DNA from: the human T2T-CHM13v2.0 reference genome, Homo sapiens
Assembly (NCBI RefSeq): GCF_009914755.1
Contig: NC_060931.1
Direction: 5' to 3' (one strand)
Length of the DNA: 64,000 bases
Both the position numbers and the translations under genes were made by a program. The first letter of the stretch is position 1, and every line of letters starts with the position of its first letter. The notes beneath the pieces were generated by a model, which made no database searches, was not told the origin of the DNA, and saw only the letters and a list, made by a program, of their open reading frames with translations. This document shows positions 55,731 through 64,000 of this stretch, piece by piece.

Positions 55731-58081
55731 AACTCCAACCTCATGGCTTGTTGCTATGTGTATTTTCAACTCTGCTTTGTTTACATATGTACATGATGGC
55801 AAATGTGGACTGAAACAAAAAGTTAAGATTAAAAAGATATTATTTGACTTGCATAAAACTGAATAAGTCTAAAAGAAACTAAATAATTAAGCCTTCAAAC
55901 AATGTTGTTTTTAAAGTTTGTAGCATTTCCACTTCTGAAATTATTAAAGCTTAAACCCTCACTACGATTTTGGGGCTAACCTGTTTTCCTTGTGTATGTG
56001 TCTGAATTTATGCATATTAACCAAATGACATTTTTTCCTCTCTCTTACCTTACCATTGCATATATAATGTGTGCTGTTGCTGGTGGTGATCCTTCTAATT
56101 TAGTTGTAAAATATCAAAGAGGGATTTTATGGTAGGTATGCATATTTTCTTCCCTGCTTTGTTTTGCATATATTTTTATGAATAAATTAATTTTTCTCCT
56201 CCTTCTTTTTCTCTTTCCTGGGCAGGGGAAAATAAAGTTATTGACATATTTCCAAAACTTCCACTGGATGTCCTTGTTCATTTTCTCCCAAGATCTGCAG
56301 GAACAAATGCAAACATTGGCTACAGGAGAAGAAATATTCCACTCCTCACTTGAGGGAGCTGTAATCTGTTTTCCTGTTGCATCCTTTCCCTTAAATGTTT
56401 TTCCAGGGTGTTGCAGAGCCACAGAACCCTTGGTAATTTTGCCAAGAACAAATTGTGAAGTAGCTTCTGAACCCATTACCTACTAAGATTTTATTGTTCA
56501 TCTTAATTTTACAAAATGTCCATTCTTGGCCAAAACATTCTCTTCCTTAAATAACAAGAGATTGTGTAAGTAATTCTTAGAAGGCTCAACTGTATAGACT
56601 CCCTTTGGCCAGAGGGGCAAATCCTGGATTGAGTTTTTGAAATATCTTTTTAAAAATTATTTATTGCATAACAAATTAAAGAGGGCCTATAAGTTTTTTT
56701 TTTTTTTTTTTTTTAACAGCTGTTGAGCTATTGCTCTTCTGTGATAAAATCCCGTAGAAGATTTAACCTGCTATGGATTTCTGGGAGGTCACAGGGCTAA
56801 GTAAACTCGGAATTTGGGGTAAGCTTTTTCAAACAAAGTCACTGAATAGATGTGGATGAGGAAAAAAGCTTGTGAAAGGCATCAGGCACTGCAAACAACA
56901 GCTGCAGCTGCAAACCGGAAAGCATTCATATCCCTGTGTGACAGTTTGCTCCTCAGCCTTCCTAGGATTAGGGTGTGCACGCAAACAACACAGATAACAC
57001 GAGAAAGAGTCGTTTATATCCTTACAATGTTTGCATTTATGTGCACGAGGGTACAAAAGGTGACATAGAAACATATTTGAAACATTGCTCTGTGACTAAG
57101 AACTTAGTCTTATCATTAAAGTAATAAACTGTGTGAACTGCCCTAATTTATGCTAAATCTCTCAGAAGCACCAAGCAGCTCAGCTGTTGCTGCTAGACCT
57201 CAGCACCTTAAAGATTGGGGATTCCGTGCTCTCTGGTGACAACCCTTGAGGACAAAACAGGCCTATTGGAGAAAGCCATTTATCAGAGCCCTCCTTTGAC
57301 ACAGGGATGCAGGGTGTTTGGACTTCAGGGGACTGCTGTGGAGATGGAGGAGAAGGAGAGAAAGGATAAGTCTACCCTATGCTCTAGAGAAGAGACAGCT
57401 GGCTACATATTCTTTCCAACCACACTTGTTCCTACTGGTAGTGCAATCAGGAACAATCTCTAAAATCTATTGCTGCGTATCTAGTATCTGCTTTGAGACA
57501 TGGAGTCTAATTTTTTGTTTGCTTGTTTACATAGTTTGATTTCTTTTCTAATCTGATGTTAAATAACATCTATAATTTTGCGCTTAAAGTGTAAATTATC
57601 ACATAAAGAGAACAGTAACAGGATTTCACAAACACTTGTTGTTCTGTCTTATATCAAAATAATATAAAATACTAAGACCTTTATATTAGATATCAGTATG
57701 TAGACTCTCATTATTTTGGTATGTAATGTACATTTTAGAGCACCTACCATAAGAATATGATAAATCATGTTGAAATAAATGATTTTTAAGAGAAATTGAC
57801 ATATGATTTTAAGCTAAGTGTATTTCAATCATATTGTATTTTTTTTGCCTAAAATGTTTTATTTCCTTTGTCACCATAGTGAAAAATTATCAGCAAAATA
57901 TATCTACTGTTATTATAACAACCATGAAAACATTTCCAAATTTATTTTGCCAATCTCTTTAAGGGGCAAAGAACATTCACATTTAAAATATGATGAAAAC
58001 AAAGTTGCTTAGCTTTAAGTGAAAACTTAACCACTTCAAGAGCAATGATCATACAGAGTATGTTAAGAAGAACTTTTCACT

Positions 58082-58198
58082 GAGAGACAAAGAAGGATTT
58101 TGTCTTTCTAACTTAGTGAATCAAGGGACAGAAATGGAGAGAGAGGCAAAGAAGGATTTTGTCTTTCTAAATTAGTGAACCAAGGGATAAAAATGGAG
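58082..58198. repeat. Tandem duplication, 2 x ~59 bp
   Basis: gagag(a/g)caaagaaggattttgtctttctaa(c/a)ttagtgaa(t/c)caagggac/t..aaatggaga occurs twice. Confidence 0.92.
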
Positions 58199-58419
58199 AT
58201 TTTAGAAGAGAAAGTCACACTAATTCTCTGCAATTGGAGGTTTCCCAGAAATACATCTGGGAAATGTATTTCCCAGGCCTGAGAGTCAACCTCTTGTAAG
58301 TCAGTGTTATATGGTGGTTACATCATCACCTCATCTTCATAGATGCAATAACTTGGTGGAAATTTGGGTATGATTAGATATTTTTCAATGAGTATTAGTC
58401 ATGAAAATAACTTTTAAAA

Positions 58420-58710
58420 AAATTAATAGATTTCAAAAGCAGTTTTAGGTCTGTAGGGAAAAAATGAGCAAAAAGTGCAGAGAGCGCCGTACACCCCTTG
58501 CACTGCCACCGAGTTCCCCTGTTCTTAACACCTTTCATTAGTGTGGTACATCTGTTACAGTTGATGAGCTAATATTGATATGTTATCTTTCACTAAAGCC
58601 AAAATGTGCCTAGAGTTTACTGTTTGTGTTGTACATTCTATGGGTTTTAACACATGTAAAATGACCTGTATCCATCATTATAGTATCATACAGAATGATA
58701 GCTTTCACTG
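58420..58710 (-). mobile_element. L1MC-type 3' end
   Basis: agcagttttaggt...atgagcaaaaagtgcagaga...ttagtgtggtacatctgttacagttgatgag. Confidence 0.82.
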
Positions 58711-58779
58711 TTATATTGCATTTTCATTTAATATTTTTTAAACAATTTACTGAACACATTTTGGGTTAAACCAGCTTTC

Positions 58780-58999
58780 ATGTTGTGCTGAAAGTTCTCC
58801 AATTGTTCTTCCAGATTATTCATTTATCTCCTTTCATCCTGCTCTGTACCCCTGGTGGTGACCTCTACAGAATGCATTACTGGGACTCTGCCGAATTTGG
58901 GTAGTTTACTCAGTGAAAATTATCAGCAGGTGATCAGAGGAGGGGAGGAGAGGGAGGTCAGGGTGTTTACTCCCTGCTCCTTCCCTGTCTATTTGGGTT
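58780..58999 (+). mobile_element. LTR33 (ERVL) 5' part, split by L1PA
   Basis: catcctgctctgtacccctgg...tgacctctacaga...gatcagaggaggggaggagagggaggtcagggtgtttactccc. Confidence 0.78.
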
Positions 59000-59998
59000 C
59001 TTTCTTTCTTTCTTTTTTTACTGTACTTTAAGTTCTAGGGTACATGTGCACAACGTGCAGGTTTGTTACATAGGTATACTTGTGCCTTGTTGGTGTGCTG
59101 CACCCATTAACTCATCATTTACATTAGGTATTTCTCCTAATGCTACCCCTCCCCCAGTCCCCCACCCTCGTGGCAGGCCCCGGGGTGTGATGTTCCCCAC
59201 CCTGTGTCAAAGTATTCTCACTGTTCAACTCCCACCTATGAGTGAGAACATGCGGTGTTTGGTTTTCTCTCCTTGTGATAGTTTGCTCAGAATGATGGTT
59301 TCCAGCTACATCTATGTCCCTGCAAATGACATGAACTCATCCTTTTTTTGTGGCTACATAGTATTCCATGGTGTATATGTGCTACATTTTCTTAATCCAG
59401 TCTATCATTGATGAGCATTTGGGTTGGTTCAAAGTCTTTGCTATTGTGAATAGTGCCACAATAAGCATAACGTATGTGCATGTCTTTATAGTAGCATGAT
59501 TTATAATCCTTTGGGTATATACCCAGTAATAGGATCGCTTGGTCAAATGGTATTTCTGGTTCTAGATCCTTGAGGAATCGCCATACTGTCTTCTACATGG
59601 TTGAACTAATTTACATGCCCACCAACCATGTAAAAGTGTTCCTATTTCTCCACATCCTCTCCAGCATCTGTTGTTTCTTGACTTTTTAATGATTGCCATT
59701 CTAACTGGTGTGAGATGATATCTCATTGTGGTTTTGATTTGCATTTCTCTGATGACCAGTGATGATGAGCATTTTTTCATGTGTCTGTTGGCTGCATAAA
59801 TGTCTTCTTTTGAGAAGTGTCTGTTCATATCCTTTGCCCACTTTTTGATGGGGTTGTTTGTTTTTTTCTTGTAAATTTAAGAGCTTCTGCACAGCAAAAG
59901 AAACTACCATTAGAGTGAACAGGCAACCCACAGAATGGGAGAAAATTTCTTCAATCTACCCATCTGACAAAGGGCTAATATCCAGAATCTACAAAGAA
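59000..59998 (-). mobile_element. L1PA5/6-like element with 5' inversion (minus arm 59000-59878, inverted plus arm 59879-59998)
   Basis: Antisense L1 3' end, then an abrupt switch to sense aagagcttctgcacagcaaaagaaactacc...atctacaaagaact. TSD ctatttggg(g)tt. Confidence 0.92.
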
Positions 59999-60000
59999 CT

Positions 60001-60262
60001 ATTTGGGGTTTTGGCAATGACTGTGTTCCTTTACCCATAGCTACAGCAAGCCCCTCTTCCACAGGTTCGGCTCGTACCTGGTTCTAGAAACAGCTCCTTC
60101 CTCTGTCCTCTGGGGTCTAGGGGTGGTAAATTCTTCCTGTTGTGACTAGTCCTTGGGTATTTTACCATCTTTTGTTAGTTTCTTTATGCTGCCCACACTT
60201 TTGTAAATAGACCCTTCAATAAGTTCTTTTCAATTACCCCTTGAGTCTGCATCTGTCTCTGT
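60001..60262 (+). mobile_element. LTR33 3' part
   Basis: ggtctaggggtggtaa...tgcccacacttttgtaaatagacccttcaataa...attaccccttgagt. Confidence 0.78.
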
Positions 60263-60624
60263 AGAAAGAACACACACCTATTTCATTGAATTTTTACAAT
60301 ACTGTTAGAAATTCCAGCCTGTAGACTTAACTTATTCTCATTTTATATTATGTTTAAAAATTAAGGTAAAATTGAGGCTTGGGAAGATTAAAACATTGCC
60401 CAATATCACAGACTAAATATATCTTGAGCCAGGGATAAGAATCAGGACTTAGGGGTCTTCACTTCTTGTATAGCCATCTCCCCATGCACAATAGTATCTG
60501 GAAAAATGCTTTGCTATTGTGTGGTATGTTCATTATTATGCAAAAAAAAAAATCAATAAGAAAGAAACTATCTATTTTGGAAACAGTGAGTCTGTAAGTG
60601 AACTGAATAATTTAGAAAGTGATG

Positions 60625-60744
60625 AAGTAATACATATGTTAACTAATTTAACTGAGCCGTTTCACAAGTATACATATTTTAGAACATGTTGTACATGATA
60701 AGTATATACAATTTTATTTGCCAATTAAAAAAAACAAATTTTAA
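60625..60744 (+). mobile_element. L1MA 3' tip
   Basis: atatgttaactaa...tatacaattttatttgccaattaaaaaa, flanked by aaagtgatg direct repeats at 60616 and 60745. Confidence 0.75.
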
Positions 60745-61254
60745 AAAGTGATGTGAATGTTGTGGAGGTCCTTTTGTATTTTGTCATTTTCTGAGATTTT
60801 GGATGAGAAGTGGAAAATTTATTAGCATACATTTACATATTCATGAAAGAATATATTTTACACATAAAATTCATTGACTTTTAAAGGCTTCTTTTCAGGT
60901 CCTTAATGGTTTGGATAGGTTATTTTATACCTATATTAATATTAATATGAAAGAAAAAATATTTGATTTGTAGAGATGTTTTACTGAATGTAGAAAAATC
61001 TCATATAATTTAAGATTAATAGGTATTTTGAAAGAATTCAGCACATTAATAAAACACTGATCAAATAACTAAAGCCTTGGATTTCCACAAAGCACTGACA
61101 TTGCCCCTTGTAATAACCTAGAGCCAAGATGGAGAAATATGGCTTAGGTTAGACGAAACAGAGATTCGAATTAATTATTGGGCAGTGAAATATAGGGGAT
61201 GAATTCAATAGATTGGATTGTTGTTAGGAAAAATAGTTAGCTGGAACTCTTATG

Positions 61255-61397
61255 TAGTGAGTCTCACCCTTGGTCATACAGGGGAATCACCTGGAATACA
61301 GTGGAATACCAATGCCTGGATCCTACCCTGATTTAATCATATTGTAGCCTGGGCAATGTGATCTTTAAAAACTTCCTGGTGATTTTGATGTGTAACC
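61255..61397. mobile_element. MER5A-like hAT-Charlie MITE
   Basis: gaatcacctgg...aatgcctggatcctaccc...ttcctggtgattttgatgtgtaacca. Confidence 0.7.
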
Positions 61398-61888
61398 AAA
61401 ACGGAATTGAAGAAGAAATCAAAGATAGATTTCTGGTATTGACAACATCTACAGTATGTCCTGAAGAGGGGTGTGTGTGTTTGCGTGCATGTGTGTGTGC
61501 CCGTACATGCACAAAGCATTCTAGACGCAAACAATGGCATAAAAAAAGACATGGAGACTATGATGTATGCGGGAGCCACAGCTGAATTTTATTATTAGAG
61601 AGTAAATATGTGGCCAATATTAAAACTTAAGAGGTAGGCTTAATGCTTAGTTTCCTGTATTCTATACTGAGGACAACAAAGAGTCACTAACATTATATCT
61701 GAAATGCATTTTAAAAGTGCTCCCTGTGCTGTAGTATGGAGAAATGGTTTGGAAGTAAATCACATGACATGCAAGGAAACCATTTATGGCATTTTAGTTT
61801 AGGGCATTGGTGGCCTGGATTAAAGTGGTGATAGCAGTGATGGAGAAAAGCAAATGTACTCACAAGATATTTTGAAAAATTTGGTGAC

Positions 61889-62283
61889 TGCTGTGGTTTG
61901 AATGTGTCCCCCAAAGTTTGTGTGTTGAAAACTTAATCCCCACTGTAACAATGTTGGGAGGTAGAAGCCAATTAGTGGTGATTAGGTTGTGATGGCAGAG
62001 CACTCATGAATGGATTAATGCCATTATCACAGAAATGAGTTGGTTATCTTGAGAGTAGGTTTGTTACAAAATCTAGTTTGGCCCCTCTTGCTCTTCTTCT
62101 CACCCTCTTTTGGCATTCCACCTTCTGCCATTAGATGATAGGGCATGAAGGCTCTCACCAGATGCTGGAACCATGCTCTTGGACTTTCTAGCCTCCAGAA
62201 TCATGAGCCAAGTACATTTCTGTTTGTTATAAATTACCCAGTCAGTGATTTTCTGTTAAAGCAATGCAAAGCAGACTAAGACA
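61889..62283 (+). mobile_element. MSTC solo LTR
   Basis: tgctgtggtttgaatgtgtcccccaaagttt...ctcatgaatggattaatgcc...cagactaagaca. TSD gtgac/gtgat. Confidence 0.88.
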
Positions 62284-63479
62284 GTGATGGAGTGCATATG
62301 AGGTAAAATACTGGAAGGAGTCAACAGTGACAAATATTCTTTCCAGAGTATCAAATTTCTTATACTATAATCTAGCACTTCCTGATAAGAAAATCTGGGA
62401 GATTCATTATCTCAAAACATATTTAGCCAAAAATCAGGGAATGGTGTTTATTGCAGTTAAATTGCACTCTTAGCTTTTAAACGCCATTGATTAGAAAGAA
62501 AAAGTTATAAATTAACATTGTCGCAATTGACCCGTATACATCATCTTGAGATGAGTGGAGTTTTCATGTACAACAAAAAATTATTGCAGGTGCACAAATG
62601 ATGTATGCATTTAAAATCTAACTCAATTAATTATATGAAGAAAAGAAATATGCTTTGTCAAATTTTAAAATAAAACTGATATATGTGTTTCATTTTGCTT
62701 TCAAAATGTCAGTTACAGCTCTCTTTAAGGAACACAGTGGTGAGAAAACACAACACTTCAAAACTCCACTAAGAACTACTTTGTAGAAATGGCAAGTTTA
62801 AGAGCAGAGTATTTGACAAGGTTCTGGAAATCCTAAAGGAAAAATATCCAAATATAATATCAAAGTGAGAAGTGAATCTGAGAGATGGATGTTGCCATAA
62901 TTTTCAATGGTAACTCAGCTCCCTTAATAGATTCTTTATGAGCATTTGGAAAGAAAAAGTAATGGTTATAGTTAGAAAATGAAAATAGTACATTTAATTC
63001 TCCTGGCTCAATATATAGTAAAGGTATTGTGGATACACCCCTTGCCTAATTCAATCATTGACTTATCTGGGCTTCACCACTCATTACAATACATTGAGGT
63101 ATTCACATCAATGGGGCTAATTTGTATATAAATATATAATTCCATATAAATTGTAGGTTACAGCCTACATGGAGATAATAGTTATGAGATTATCTATATT
63201 TTCATATATTGTTTTATTTTTTATTTCAATTCAACTAGATGAATATGCTTTTTGTCATCCTTGAGGGATACATTAAACTCATTTTCTCAATATCATGTCC
63301 TTTCAGTTATATAACTTCTATGCCCAAAATACTGTATCAGTCATTGGCTTTCCATAAGAATATTATGGCAGGTAAAAACCAAAACTATTGACTCTTAGGT
63401 AGATTTATGTGGTGATGATTTCATTGGTGATGTTCTCCCATTTAATATCATTTTTTGGAAAGCTATCTCATTATAGCTC

Positions 63480-63512
63480 GTGTGTATGTGTCTGTGTGTG
63501 TGTGTGAGTGTG
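63480..63512. repeat. (TG)n degenerate microsatellite
   Basis: Read directly. Confidence 0.8.
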
Positions 63513-63596
63513 TCACAGAGAGAAAGATGTGAAATTTGCTGAAAAATTTCTCCATCAAAACTAGAAAGAAGATTCTGAGATGGTAAAAATGTAATA

Positions 63597-63787
63597 AAAC
63601 AGCGAACAGACAGGATTTTAAATGTTCTTACCACAAATAAATGATAAATATATGAAGTAATCATTATGATAATTAGCCTGATTTGATCATTTCACAATTG
63701 AAACACTGTATCCCATAACGGTATCCCATAATGTATCCCAATATTGTATTCCATAAATATATACAATTATTATTTGTCAGTTAAAAG
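63597..63787 (+). mobile_element. L1MA 3' end
   Basis: ggattttaaatgttcttaccacaaataaatgataaat...cctgatttgatcatt...aaatatatacaattattatttgtcagttaaaa. Confidence 0.85.
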
Positions 63788-64000
63788 TCAAAGTTTAATG
63801 GTATCAAAAGTTAGAGCCATTTTAATGTAAAAAACACCCAATAGTTCCCTCTACTGAAATCCACTGTGTTTTTAGAAACCAAGTCCTAAGGCAAACTGTT
63901 AAATATGAACTAAGCAGGTGTTTCTGCACACTGCTAACGATTAATGGTCACTGCCTTTGGTGAAAAATTTCAAATGAGTACAATTTGTGAAAAATATACA

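Noticed and set aside
56178-56486. 102-aa ORF with a signal-peptide-like hydrophobic start
   Set aside because: The hydrophobic N-terminus comes from a T/C-rich tract, with weak Kozak context and no recognisable homology

Overview
AT-rich, repeat-dense primate genomic DNA, most likely human or another ape (it contains AluJ, AluS and a near-intact AluYe5-like element, plus L1PA, THE1 and MST). It looks intergenic or deep intronic. I recognise no intact protein-coding gene, CpG island, tRNA or rRNA. The ORF-track entries are chance ORFs or decayed repeat frames (L1 ORF2, ERVL pol/dUTPase, THE1-int, Alu). Main elements: truncated THE1D LTR+internal, MSTA/MSTB/MSTC/MLT2/LTR16A/LTR47/LTR33 LTRs, the 5' half of an old L1M, a complete THE1A provirus inside an AluJ (5-bp TSD), a solo LTR3 (HML-6, 6-bp TSD), a two-LTR MER31 provirus hosting a tailless 7SL pseudogene, two Alus and an L1 tip, an Alu-in-Alu, a 5'-truncated L1PA containing a young AluY, an LTR-less ERVL gag-pol-dUTPase relic, and a twin-primed inverted L1PA inside LTR33. 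I found no convincing novel biological system. The most interesting non-routine signals are a templated patchwork insertion in THE1A-int, an apparently repeat-free block at about 56.1-57.5 kb with a CAGCTG E-box cluster and strong paired splice signals, and several recent local duplications. Repeat subfamily names come from recalled consensus sequences and need RepeatMasker/Dfam confirmation.
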